This document shows positions 14,460-26,339 of a DNA stretch of 64,000 nt, piece after piece. The stretch is from contig MU057651.1 in the NCBI GenBank assembly GCA_013265495.1, forward strand, positions 2,272,948-2,336,947, written 5' to 3'. Both the position numbers and the translations under genes were made by a program. The stretch is from Vicugna vicugna. Its lineage: Eukaryota. Under the pieces are notes generated by a model that did not search any database, had not been told where the DNA came from, and saw only the letters and a list, made by a program, of their open reading frames with translations. Positions within the stretch are counted from its first letter, which is position 1; each line of letters opens with the position of its first letter.

Positions 14460-14550
14460 CCATTCAAACCCCCATTTTTCAGACCAGAAAACTGAGACCC
14501 AGAGCAGGCAAGGGACTGGCGGGAAATGGTGCAGAGCTGGGGCGGAGCGG
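14460..14550 (-). mobile_element. MIR SINE fragment
   Basis: CCCATTTTTCAGACCAGAAAACTGAGACCCAGAG is the antisense MIR core. Confidence 0.65.
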
Positions 14551-15129
14551 CAGCCTCCGCCATCACAAAGGGGCCAGCGCATCCTTTGAAATGGATGAAT
14601 GAAGAGCGCAGACCGGGGCCTGCCCGGGGCCGACAGACGCAGAGGGGAGGCCAGGAGGGGACCGGATGGCAGCTGCTCCAGTCACGCAGTTTTCCATCAT
14701 GCCCGGAGACCGGGCAGCTTTCCTCACGTTCCTGCTTTCTCGGTGGCCCTGGAGTTAATTAAACTGATGCGCTGGCGGCGATCGCTGGGCAATATGCTCC
14801 CAAGTGCTGTCACACATGGCTGGCTTTCACACCGGCGGAGGCACAACCTGGCTGTGCACGCCGCGCAGTGAAGGCTGGCCGTCCCGGTCCGAATTCGCTT
14901 CCGAAGCATCTGGGTCAGAGCTGGGGGAAGGCACGGAGCCAGCGTGAGCCCGGGGAGGCACCCGGGGGGCCCCTGCAGGTCCGGCTCCCACCGGCCCCGT
15001 GAGCCACCTGCCACCCCCACCCCGGGGATGCGGGGACAAAGCCCGAACCGGCCCCCAGCTGCCGAACTTTCCCGGAATCCTGTCCACTTCAGCGAGATCC
15101 TCCCCTCTCCAGACGCTTCCATCAGAAGC

Positions 15130-15700
15130 GCGTTTTTGTGTGCAATAAATTGCTTCTCCCTGGCGGAAAATCACTTCTGGCTGTTATCTCTGTGATCGGC
15201 GACTTGTGCGCTCCCTTAATGGACTGGCCACGATTACGCGGCGAGTCATTAAAAGCTTAGCGCCAGCACAATGGTGTCTTACGTCCAGCGATCCCGGGGA
15301 GCCTGCTAGAGACTTACCAGCCACGGCCTTAATTTCACTCATTCGTCTTAATTTTTTGTAATCATTTTTTTGTAAAGAGGGTATAATGTCGGAGTTGCTT
15401 CCCTGCCTCTGACAGATCCAATCTAGCAGATAATTACCATACGGAAATTGATGCTTTAGTGTGCGGGAGAGAATTTAATTTACTCAGACATCCTCCCGTA
15501 CAATGCATTCCAGAAGATATGAGGATTTAAGTTTTGAAGAAATTAAATTTTACTTTTTAACATGATCACTTATGTCGAACACCATTAACCAGCTTTTTTA
15601 ACTCTTTGAAATAATTACAAGCACCTTTGCTGTCTCTCGAAATCCAACGTCGACATTAAATGTGGGTTAAAGATCCATGAAATGGAAAGAAAATCCTGTG
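15130..15700. promoter_or_regulatory. putative conserved non-coding element / developmental enhancer
   Basis: Repeat-free, non-coding, AT-richer island in GC-rich surroundings. Motifs: TAATGG 15217, CATTAA 15247, ACAATGG 15268, TGACAG 15410, TAATTA 15431, ACAATG 15500. Conservation not tested. Confidence 0.55.
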
Positions 15701-15874
15701 TTCTTTTTTTTCTTTTTCTTTTTTTTCCCTCTCTCTCTCCCGTCTTCCAAAATCCGCTCTTTCAAATCCACAGGGGAGAGCTAAGAAGATCCCGTCTTTG
15801 AAAAATATATGTTCTTTCCGGCTTTAAAGTGGACTTTAGGAGACGTGTTATAGTAACTGGTCTGGCCTACATTT

Positions 15875-15991
15875 CTTTAATTTTTTTAATTTTTTTTAAA
15901 TTTATTTTTTAGTGGAAGGACTGGGGATGGAACCCAGGACCTCGTGCATGCGAAGCAGGTGTTCTGCCCCGGAGCTACACCGCCCTCCCCC
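15875..15991 (-). mobile_element. Vic-1-type camelid SINE
   Basis: T-rich tail followed by GTGGAAGGACTGGGGATGGAACCCAGGACCTCGTGCATGCGAAGCAGGTGTTCTGCCCCGGAGCTACACC, the reverse complement of the SINE head. Confidence 0.85.
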
Positions 15992-17304
15992 TCGGACTTC
16001 TATTTCAGTTGCTCTGGCCGGCGGCAGGTGGGGGGCAAGGTTATTGGCCTCCAGGGTCAGAAGAAACAAAAAGACTTCGGCGGGTGGCTCCACGGTGCTG
16101 TTCCATGAGCCCGGCTGTGCTGCAGACTCAAACCAGTTTCAGCATTTCCTGTTTTTCTTCTTCTTTTGTAAGACCTGGAGAGAGAAAAAAAAAAAATACA
16201 GGCGATGCCACGTGCAAGCTCAGGACCGCCGTGGAGACCCAGAGACCAGACATCAAACAGCCTCCACGTCTCGGAGGCGAGGCCCGGCCTCCCCGGCGGC
16301 CCCGGGCCCCAGCGGCCCCGGAGGGAGGCCTGGCTGGAGAAGGTCTTTTCGGGGAGCCTGGGCCCTGGGGGACTGGATTCCCAAGAGTTCCTCATCCTTC
16401 CCTAAACGTGAAGTGAAACAGTCGACAGGAAATTTCTGGACGAGGCGGGCCCAGCAGTTCCTTTATCCAGCCCCCCGGCCCCTCTTGTGCTTCCCCTCGG
16501 GACAAGCCCTCCCTGTGCTGCGTCCGACAGACCCTGTGACCGTTTGGGTCACAGCGGGGGATTGCCCAAGGGTCCCCACGGAAAATTCCCCCTCTCCCAG
16601 GGCGAGGAAGCTGGGGCCGGGCTGGCCTCTGCGGTGGTCCCGCCCGAAGGGGCCTCCGGGGTCCGGGCGGCGGCGCGGGCTTGCGGTCTGGCCTGCGCCC
16701 CTCCCGGGGTCTGGGGGTGCACGCTGAGGTCTCAGATGCATCGCGTCCCGGCCGAACCAGGAGGTGTCCTCAGGACAGCTGAGGGCCCCGAGACGCCGAG
16801 CCCTTCCCTAAACCCAAAAGAGAAACGCCAAGGTTCAGATAACTGTCCTCGTCAGAGCCGAGGACGGTGCATCCCGTCCTTACTAAACAGTCACCTCTCT
16901 CCTGGAGCCGCTTGATGCCCTGAAACCTTCATAGCGTTTCCATTTGAGAACACATTTGCAGCTTTCGTGTGTATTTTTAACAAAATCAAGGAAGCAAAGA
17001 ATGCAGGTGATGACAAAGTTGCAACGAGGCGGTCTCGGCCTGAATCGAGTGACAAGGGAGATTCGGGGCCAGATCCCGGGGCCACGTTGTCCTGTTTTTC
17101 TTTCACAGCCGTTCCATGAAGTGGACATGCCCGTATGTGTGCTTAGAAAACACGGGAACGCTGGCGCTTGAGTTGCGTGCGTGTGCAAGCATGCAGCAGC
17201 CGTTACAACGCATAACGCAGGCTGATCATTTCAGAAATTTTACTTTGATCACATGTATTTACACACACACACGCACACACACACGCACAGGCACGCACAG
17301 GGCA

Positions 17305-17420
17305 CTATTACACCCCGTTTTATAGTTGGGGAAACCTGCGTACAGAGACTTAAGTGACACACTGGCGGTCTCCCAGGTGACAGGCGGCCGAGCCGGGATG
17401 CGAACCCGGGTGTCTGTGCC
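17305..17420 (-). mobile_element. MIR SINE fragment
   Basis: CCCGTTTTATAGTTGGGGAAAC...AGAGACTTAAGTGAC...GAGCCGGGATGCGAACCCGGGTGTCTG. Confidence 0.6.
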
Positions 17421-17763
17421 CTGAACTGCCTGGGCCAGGCTGGAGGGGATGCGGGGCCACCCCCGCGCCCGGACCCACCCCCGCCGTGCCCAAGGTGGCT
17501 AACTTCAGCGGGGGGCATCGCCGCCACCGTCAAGGCGCTGCCACGTGCTCGGTCACTGCATCGGTCTCCTTTCCGCACCTGCCACCTGCCAGACGCAGGG
17601 CCCCGAGGTGGCCAGTGGCTGGGACGTCAGATACACCTCGTCACCCGGGGTGCCACTTATCCGTGAGCTTCTGCACCGAGGCACCTGTGTCACGGGAACC
17701 TGTGTGAAAATGGTTAGCCTCTCAGAGGACGCTGTTTTCCATCCAGCCTGGGACCGAGCCCCC

Positions 17764-17797
17764 NNNNNNNNNNNNNNNNNNNNNNNNNNNNNNNNNN
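17764..17797. other. assembly gap (34 N)
   Basis: Run of N flanked by C-rich sequence on both sides. Confidence 0.99.
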
Positions 17798-18771
17798 CCT
17801 CCCCCAGCCTGACCCCACCAGCTCCAGCCTGAGCTTCCTCTTTCCAGCAAGGCAGGCTCTTCCCAGCGTGTGGGCTCCCGACTTCTGCCCTCCATGGACG
17901 TGCACCCGGCGTGCGCAGCGCACGTTAACCCCTTGGTGACTGGATCTAGTCCGGAGGCCCCCCTCCAGCCTCCTGCTTGTCTGGAAGGCTGGGTTCTGGG
18001 CTGTAAATCAGCAGAGCATTCGGAGAGGGTGGGTAGACTGCCCGTCCTCATCTGTATCTGCATCGCCAAGGCTCATGTTGCTCCCCAGCTGGGGGGAGGC
18101 GCGGCCAGGTGCCCTGCTGCTCTGCAGGAGGGGCTGAGCCTGGGGGCCGGGCCGGAGGGGACATCCAGGACGTCACCTGGCAGGGACTGGACCCGACTCC
18201 TGTTCATAGAAGAGCCCCATGGTGGGGCATACGTCATCACCATGCTGTCACATGTGCATCAGAAGAAACGGAGGCTGGAGAGGGAGCATCTCCAAGTGTG
18301 CCCACCCCCACCCTGCACCTTCCAGAATGTTCCACAGTGGAACATGTGGACACTGCTGAGTATTCATGTGCCACTGAAGGGGCCTGGGGTGTAGCAAACT
18401 GACCGCCTCTAAGTCCAGAATTGCCAGGGAAAAGGTTTTGGGAATGTAGGTGCTGAGAGACTCCAGCAGGTGACAACCAGGGGCCACCCCTGGATCGAAC
18501 GGGCGGTGTGTCCCCCTCTGCCCAGGCTCCATTCACTGACGACTTTGACAACGTTTAGTCCCACGAGGTCACGGGTCCTCGTCCTTCAGCCTGGTCCCGG
18601 TGTTCGGCACACACTCAGGCACATGATGGAGTTGAATGAATGAATGAGTGACTAGTTCTCTGTGCTTCTCCTTCAGGTGGACTTCCTTTGAAATCGTGGG
18701 GAGTTCGTCTGTAAAACTGGTTTATATTTTACGGTCCGACGTACTATCCATGTGCTATACATTTAAAACAA

Positions 18772-18858
18772 TTTTTTTTTTAGTTTTTTAAACTGGAGTA
18801 CAGTTGATTTACAGTGTTGCGTTAATTGCAAGTGTGCAGAGTCGTGATTCAGTCATAT
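18772..18858 (-). mobile_element. very short L1 3' terminal fragment
   Basis: Poly-T then GAGTACAGTTGATTTACAGTGTTGCGTTAATT...GTGATTCAGTCATA, matching the antisense ends of the other young L1 copies in the window. Confidence 0.7.
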
Positions 18859-19281
18859 TCTCTCTGCTCATGAAAAAATAGACTATTTCTCTTCCTTTTC
18901 TGGAGAGAAAGGCTGGATCTCGATCTTGGAGGGCACTTGGCTGAAGGTCCGAGCACCCTCCACCAAGCCCAATTTAAGGCAGGTCCCTCCCTCGCTCGTC
19001 TCCCACACCCCCTGTGGACGTGTGACTTTGTTCTTAAGGCACGTGGTCCTGCAAGCGTCTGCTCACATTTGGAGCCAAGGAGAAACCAGGGGAAGCAGAG
19101 GTTCACCATGTGCTGCCATGAGCAAGCCTGAGGGCCCACGTCCCCCTCACGGCACGGAGGGCCTTGCAGCCGCCCTGGTCAGGCCCCTCGGAGGTGAGGA
19201 TTTCAGATCTTTGTGTCTCTGAGCTGTGCTAACTAACTTTCTTCAGATAAAGACCTCTTTGGCTTAAGTCAGCCCGTTTCT

Positions 19282-19701
19282 TTTTTTTTTTTTTCCTTTC
19301 ATTTTTTAGCAACCCCACTCCTGGGCATATATCTGGAGGAAATTCTAATTCAAGAAGGCACGTGCACCCCAATGTTCACAGCAGCACTATTTACAACAGC
19401 CAAGACATGGAAACAACCTAAACGTCCATCGACAGATGACTGGATAAAGAAGCTGTGGTGTATTTATACAATGGAATACTACTCAGCCATGAAAAGAATA
19501 AAATAATGCCATTTGCAGCAACATGGATGGACCTAGAGATGCTCATACTCAGTGAAGTAAGCCAGAAAGAGAAAGAAAAATACCATATGATATCACACAT
19601 ATGTGGAATCAAAAAAAAAAGACACAAATGAATTTATTTACACAACAGACTCACAGACGTAGAAAACAAGCTCATGGTAATTGCGGGCCTGAGGGGGACA
19701 G
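19282..19701. mobile_element. young L1 insertion with 5' inversion (poly-A on - strand, body on + strand)
   Basis: Perfect 15-bp TSD AGTCAGCCCGTTTCT at 19267-19281 and 19702-19716. T-rich tract at 19282-19307 is followed by a sense L1 ORF2-end/3'UTR segment (CAGCAGCACTATTTACAACAGCCAAGACATGGAAACAACC...). Confidence 0.9.
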
Positions 19702-19959
19702 AGTCAGCCCGTTTCTGCTGCTTGTCTTGCAGACCTGGATGCCTTAGTTACCGTCCCCGCTCAGTGCACATGCCCACCCACTTATTCACAGCGTCCTGAT
19801 GATTCTGCCTGTGAAACAGGCCTTAACGTCAACCGTCTCCTCCCCTTTGCAACGGCCTTCCCGTCCTCATCAGACTCACTTGGACCATCTCAGTAGCCAC
19901 GTAAGCGGTCCCCACCCCCAGCTCTCCTCTGCCTGCAGCCCCTCCCCTCCTCCTGTTCC

Positions 19960-20340
19960 CACTGCACACACAACCACAGCCAGCATCCTAATGCCCACAT
20001 TCGATCGCCCCGCTCCTGGGGTCCCTGCCTTCTCTAAGGGCTCCCCGTGGTGGGCTGGATCAAACCCCCAGGCCTGGCAGAGCCACGGGGCCCTCTGTGA
20101 CCTGATCCCCAGCCCCCTCAGCTTCACCACTTCCTCTTCCCTCCCTATCTCCCTGCCCTACCCTCGCCAGGAAGTTCACTTCAGTAACACTACCTGTGGT
20201 TCCCCAAACATGAGGTGACCTTGGCCTCCGGGCTCTGGCGCATACGATTTCCTCAGCTGGAAAGTTTCTCCTCTTCTTGTTCACAGGGCAGGTTCTGACT
20301 CAAGCTTTACGATTCCAATCTAACGTTGCCTCCTCCATGC
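19960..20340 (+). mobile_element. L2 LINE fragment
   Basis: CACAGCCAGCATCC...GGCTCCCC...GGATCAAACCCC...GGCCCTCTGTGACCTGATCCC...CCTCCATGCAGCCT follows the L2 3' consensus order. Confidence 0.6.
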
Positions 20341-20814
20341 AGCCTCCTCTGCTTTTCCCTTTGCACTTCCTGTCCGTCCTGGGTCTACCCTGGAACCTTG
20401 CGGGGTGTTTGGAAATTCCGGTTCTGAAGTTAGACCAGTGAGACGTCCATCCTGGTCCCTTTGAGGTCATTTTAGCTCGCTGGAGCCCAGCTTCCCCACG
20501 CGATGGCACAGAGATGGTGTCGCCATCGTGGGGGTCACTGTGAGGACGGATCAAAGCTGGTTCAGTCACTGCGGGGGGCTTTGGCTCCCGGGTGAAGGAT
20601 GCCTGAGGCCGAGGGGACTGCAAAGGGCAGAGGTCATACGGCAGAGCAGCTCTTGCTGAACTCACTCTTCTCCTAAGGAAATCTGCAGAGACTTGTACAC
20701 CTGACCAGACGCAGAAGTGACCCTTTGTCCCTGGAAGTCCCCCCACGTGACTGGCTAGGTGATGAAAGATTGCCCCAAAGCCAGATAACATTTCAGCTAT
20801 GCCCCTTCATAGAC

Positions 20815-20980
20815 GCAGTGTGTGTGAACCTGGGGGCATGTTAACATCTTCAAACCTCAGCGGCCTCATATGTAAAGGGACATGACAGCACCCACTCCAT
20901 TTGCTGCTGGAAGGACGAATGTTTCCTTGCATAAGATTCTGCGGGATTCCTGTCAACATGCAGAAAATACAATAACCAAT
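20815..20980 (+). mobile_element. MIR SINE fragment
   Basis: GTGTGAACCTGGGGGCATGTTAACATCTTCAAACCTCAGCGGCCTCATATGTAAAGGG. Confidence 0.6.
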
Positions 20981-21319
20981 GGTGATCGTGATTAACATAT
21001 ATTCTGAGCCACTTCCTGTAGCTTAATATATATTTTAGATCCAGTGGGAATCCCCAGGAGGCTCAGGGAAAGGACAGCATTTTACCTTTTGGAAAACGGT
21101 TGCAAAAAATTGCAATTGACTTGAGAAATGGAAGCTAGTTATCAAGCGCTGACTGTGTTCTGGGCACTTCGTGTTTTGTCTCGTTTGCTCCCTCCACACC
21201 CACGGGCTACACACCCAAGTATCTGGAAATATTTCTCCTTTTCCTTCCGGAAGGTCTCAGGATGGGAGAGTCCAGGCTGTGCATCCAGTCATGACCGGAC
21301 GTGCATCTGCGTCTGAACA

Positions 21320-21540
21320 CGTCTGCGTATCGATCAGCAATAACGGGGTTAATGATGTCTTTACACAGAAAGTCTCAATTACGGTTCAGCATTTAACACC
21401 CATTAAGATGAATGACAATGCATTGTAAGTAGTGTTTCAATTTGAAATTGAAATTATGTCAATTAGCCTTTAAACTAGCCTAAATAAATTCTGCTTGGTA
21501 GCTCGAAGATTATTCAATTGCCATGATTTTGAATAAGAGG
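21320..21540. promoter_or_regulatory. putative conserved enhancer-like element
   Basis: AT-rich unique block with TAATGA 21350, CAATTA 21376, CATTAA 21401, palindrome ACAATGCATTGT 21415-21426 and TGTCAATTA 21457-21465. Confidence 0.45.
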
Positions 21541-22698
21541 TTTTAAAAAAGTTTTTTTTCTTTTGATATTCTAAAGATTCGTACGAGTAATCACCCCTCC
21601 TGGGTCTCTAATCCTTTGCCTTGAGAGACGAGGAAAGGGGACCCTCAGCTGGTGAGTCATCACTGTGTGGGAACGACCAGAAGATAATTGACCAAAGGGA
21701 GAAAGGGACACAGAGGGCCCTTCTCACTGCTGCGGAGGGAGAGAACTCAAAACCTGGGAGGAATGGGGTCTAGATGTTGGATGGGTCTGTGATGCCCAGA
21801 GAGTTTCACGGATGCCCTGGCTGCAAACTTCAGTGAGTCCGTCATCCCAACCGTCACAGAACAGGGCTGTGACCTAGAAACCACGAGGGTGTCCCTCATC
21901 TCCGCTCCCACCTGGCCCGTCCTGCGGAGTCAAGCTTGTCCATCAGTCATGCCCGTGCCTGCCTCCTGTCTGAGTGTGGACACCGTCAAAGGCATCACCT
22001 CACCTTGTCCACCTTGTCCATCGCTCCATCTCCCTTTCCCTGGCAAACTTGTACTAATCATACAAGATATGCCTTTGAAAACACTCGACCCTTTTAGACA
22101 ATGTACCAGCTCATTGATGTGTGCACAAGCTGGATGTTCCATTCTTAGTGAAACTCTGGCACCATTACCCTGCAGTAGCTCGGACCAGACCTCCCCACTC
22201 TGCATTCCAGCCCGGCCAAAATCATCGAATGTGCAGGCTTGCTGCAAGATGGTCGTGAGATCAGGCATGGGATGGGGCTGGTCCAGCGTGGAAAATGGGG
22301 GTCCCAAGGAGGCGATGCTCAGGAAACACTAGCCCTCGCCCCCAGCGTGCTGCAGGCATGTGGGACACTTGGGCTCCCGCCATCGGGAATCCAGTGTCTC
22401 CTCCTGGCCCTGGAGCACCTGGAGCAGGTGAGTGATCCCCTTTCTTGTCTTCCATGTTACTGCCCTCCGCACAGCTCCTCCTGACGCTGAACAGCCAAGC
22501 GGTGCTACAGGAACACAGCTGGTGTGCAGAGGTGCCCAACCATTCCCAGCCTGCACTGAGACCACAGCGTTCCTGCTGAACCGAATTTCGATCACATCGC
22601 CCCCTCCTTCAAATCCTTCAGTAACCAGCTCCCCACACACACAATGATAGTTACACTAAGTGACTGGGGCAGAGCTGTCATCTGACAAGTGGTGACTC

Positions 22699-23379
22699 AT
22701 GATGATGGTGGTGGTGGTGATGATGATGGTGATGATGGTGATGATGGTGGTGATGATGGTGGTGATGATCATGCTGCTGCTGATGATGGTGGTGATGATA
22801 ATGATGGTGATGATGGTGGTGATGATGGTGATGATGATGATGATGGTGGTGATGATGATGGTGATGATCATGCTGATGATGATGATGATAATGTTGATGG
22901 TGGTGATGGTGATGGTGATGATGATGGTGGTGATGGTGATGATGATGGTGGTGGTGATGGTGGTGATGATGATGGTGGTGATGGTGGTGATGATGATGAT
23001 GGTGATGGTGGTGATGGTGGTGATGGTGGTGTTGATGATGATGGTGATGATGGTGATGATGATGGTGATGATGATGGTGGTGATAGTGATGATGGTGGTG
23101 ATGATCATGCTGATGATGATGATGGTGGTGATGATAATGATGGTGATGATGATGGTGTTGATGGTGGTGATGGTGGTGATGATGGTGATGATGATGGTGA
23201 TGATGATGGTGGTGATAGTGGTGATGATGGTGGTGATGATCATGCTGATGATGATGATGGTGGTGATGATGATGGTGATGATGATGGTGATGATGGTGGT
23301 GATGATCATGCTGATGATGATGATGGAGGTGATGATAATGGTGGTGATGGTGGTAATGATGTCAGTGATGATGGTGATG
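22699..23379. repeat. (GAT/GGT)n degenerate trinucleotide repeat, ~680 bp
   Basis: Directly visible; recurrent variant blocks GATCATGCT and GATAAT. Confidence 0.97.
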
Positions 23380-25924
23380 TCAGTGAACAGCATTAATTTG
23401 TTCCCTGTGTTTTCTGAGTCTGCTTTCTCCATATGATGATGAGGAGACTTTTTCTATGTACTCCCTTTCCCTTGATATTTTAAGGCAGCAGTAAAAAAAA
23501 TCTGATTCCTTTTACCATTTTTTTCTGAATTTCCTCTCTTCCCCCGGAGCCTTAATTGACCTTTTATGATTCTCCTGCTCTCTTGTTTCCATTTCCAATC
23601 TAGTTCCAGGCGGATGACTCTAAAGCCACTGCGTGAACCTGTCTCACTCTAAATACAATTTGACAAACTGTTTCCAAGCAGTAGCGGGAGAAGGGAGGCA
23701 ACCCTTCCTCCTCGTCTCATTGAGCCGCACATGTCCTTTCAAAGTAAATGGCAGAGACAGGTGAAATGGTATTATTTTGCTTAGATTTCAGACAACAAAA
23801 ACTGATCAGCGATCTGGGGACTGATGTTCAGACTTGCCTCTTCTCTTGGCTGATAGAAAAGCCATGGCCATCATAAGAAGGATGGTGCAGGCACCGGACA
23901 AAGGACCCGGGAACCCATTCAGTGTTGTTTGCCCCTCGGAATAAGGGGACCCAGAAATCAGGGCTCGATTCCTCTTTATCAGGCCACCAACTTGAAAGGG
24001 GGGGAGGGGACGTCATCGAGAGAAAGAGATGCAGACAGGAGTTACAGTACTAACAGAACCAAATCCTTGTTTACAATTTCACAATCCCCGCCGGTAATTC
24101 CTTCCCATGATATAGAAGATTTAAGCATATTGACTTTCCATTTTTCTGTGTATAGACAGGGAGTGACAGTGCTCTGTGAGCTGTGGCTGGAGAAGGAGAG
24201 CTAATTTTACCTGCAGGAGTAGAAAACACTTTTCTTTTCTTTCTGGACATCTGTCTGTGACCTGTTTTATCAGCGTGGGCTCCAAATTAAATCAGTTTTT
24301 TTTTTTCTTATTAAAAAGGCTGGACCTGCCATCTGCCCTTATGAGCGAAAAGGTCCGCGTTTCCCTGCTGAGGCTGACCTGGTCCAAGGGGCCAGTCCCG
24401 AGTCCATGTCCCAGGCAGAGGGACGGAGCGTGGGATCCCTGGCCGGTCCTCCACACCTGTCATCACTTCCAGTGGGACACTGGTTCTGAGTGGTCTGAGG
24501 GCTGCCGTCCACCCTATGGTGGTTCCCGGGCTGCTCTGAGCATGGGCCATGGTGGTACCCACCTGGACAGGTTCATGTCTTTCTTGGTTCTTCCTCTGTG
24601 AGCATCGTCCACTCCCAGGATGCCTCTCCATCATCCCCAGGTTAGGGCAGCCGGCCCGCAGCCTGCCTTGCTGTGCCCAGCCCCACCCCGGCCCCATCCC
24701 AGCCCCACACCTCCTGCTCACTTGGCTCCTTTGCGGGCAGTGGACCTTCACTGAAACCTCAGAGAGGCCTGAGGCCCTCATCCTTCCCCTCCCGAAGGCT
24801 TCTGGCTCTTTCCCTAAATTGGTCCCTTCCCTCTCCCCAGGGCTCTGAACCTCAAGAGAATGGCTGGTGTTTAAAGTTCAATGAAAAGTCCCACGACCTC
24901 CTGCATTTTGAGAGATTTTGCTCCAATGACTCTTTATTTAAGAGCGGTCCTTTTCAAGGTAGATCTTTGCTTCTCCCAAACAAAGTTATGGTGGAAGAAA
25001 TTAAATAAATTAATCAAATCTAATTAAATTCACTAAATAAAATAAAGGCGGGGAGGCATTGCTTCAACACTAGTGGAGACTCTCCCTGGCTTTCCCAGTC
25101 CCCTGCAAGTCCCGCCAACTCGGCTGTTGCCTCGCACCCTTCCTACCACACTCCCGGATGGCGCCCCAGTCCCTCCTGTGAGCGCTCACCTGCACGGAGG
25201 CTGCGGCTCCTGCTGGTCTACACGCCTGGATTCTCTGAGCATCTCTCACTGCTTCCTCAGGTCAGCCTTCCTCAGCGTCCACCACCCAGCACCCAGCACC
25301 TTCGGCGAGGCCCGCGTCCGCGTCCACCGGGCAGTCCCTTCAGAGCCCTCCGCAGTTTGACTTGAGCAAGACACTTCCATGGGGAAATGTGGGGGTAACC
25401 AATGGACAAGATATATTTTAATGGGGTCTTATGGGGAGAAACCATCAACGTTACTTTTCATTCGTCTAATGGGTCACACGTCAAGTCAGGCTGCGGGATG
25501 GGGTCCAGGGCAGGGCTGGGATAAGGCTGAGCCCTGATGTGGAGTCAGGTAAGTCGGGTAACGAGGTAAGAGGCAGAGATGGAGGAAGGGTCGGGGATGG
25601 GCCCGCAGCGTGGTCCTGACTGTCCGCGTCCCATCGTCCGAGCTGTCGGTGTGGCGGTGGGAATGCCTGAGCCCCCAGGGAGCAGCCTCCAGTTTCGGGC
25701 AACAGGACACCAGTGGCGGATCCTGGGCTTCAGCCAAAGTGTCAGACAAACCCTAGGGAAGGCTAACCATTTCTCATGCTTCCCCTTTCGCTAGGTATCC
25801 CCTCCCCACCGCTACTGAAATCCTCTCCATCCTTTCAATTCCTTGTAATGCCAAATCCCAGAAAAGCTTCCACGGATTTCCACAACGTGGGCGATGTTGC
25901 TGGAACACCGAGGCGTGGCACCCG

Positions 25925-26283
25925 CGGCCAGCCCGGCTGCTGCAACAGAACCTGCAGACAGCGGCTTAAACAGCCTGCGTTGTCCGCTCACCGTTCTGCT
26001 TGCCGGACGTCCAAGGTCGAGGCACCAGAAGATCCGGTGTCCCGTGCGGGGTCTGCTGCTTGGTTCGTAGATGCCTGACTTCCTGCTGTGCCCTCACACG
26101 ACAGAGAGAGGCCTAGAGAGCGCTGCGGGATCTCTCCCATAAGGACACTAATCCCACCAGGGGGGCTCCACCCTCATGACCTGGTCACCTCCCAGAGGCC
26201 CTGCCCCCAAACACCATCAGATTATGCGGTTAGGGTTTCAATATGCGAATTCTCGGGGGGACACAAACATTCAGTCCCTAACA
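25925..26283 (-). mobile_element. MaLR solo LTR (MLT1A-like)
   Basis: Ends ...ATAAGGACACTAATCCCA...CTCCACCCTCATGACCT...GGGGGGACACAAACATTCAGTCCCTAACA, the reverse complement of the MLT1A 5' end. Confidence 0.85.
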
Positions 26284-26339
26284 CACCAGATTCACCACAC
26301 AGACAGTACAGCTGGAATCAAGAGAGACAATAACACCTT

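Noticed and set aside
17764..17797. N run between C tracts
   Set aside because: Assembly gap, probably sequencing dropout at a C/G-rich run; not a biological feature.
18327..18345. Interrupted palindrome ATGTTCCAC-A-GTGGAACAT
   Set aside because: Short; resembles the internal palindromes of decayed hAT-Charlie MITEs and has no other support.
19034..19047. TTAAGGCACGTGGT resembles the 5' part of mature miR-124
   Set aside because: The match ends after 14 nt and no complementary 5' hairpin arm is visible.
22656..23436. 235-258 aa ORFs (D/G-, M/V- and I/T-rich)
   Set aside because: Translation artefacts of the GAT/GGT repeat.
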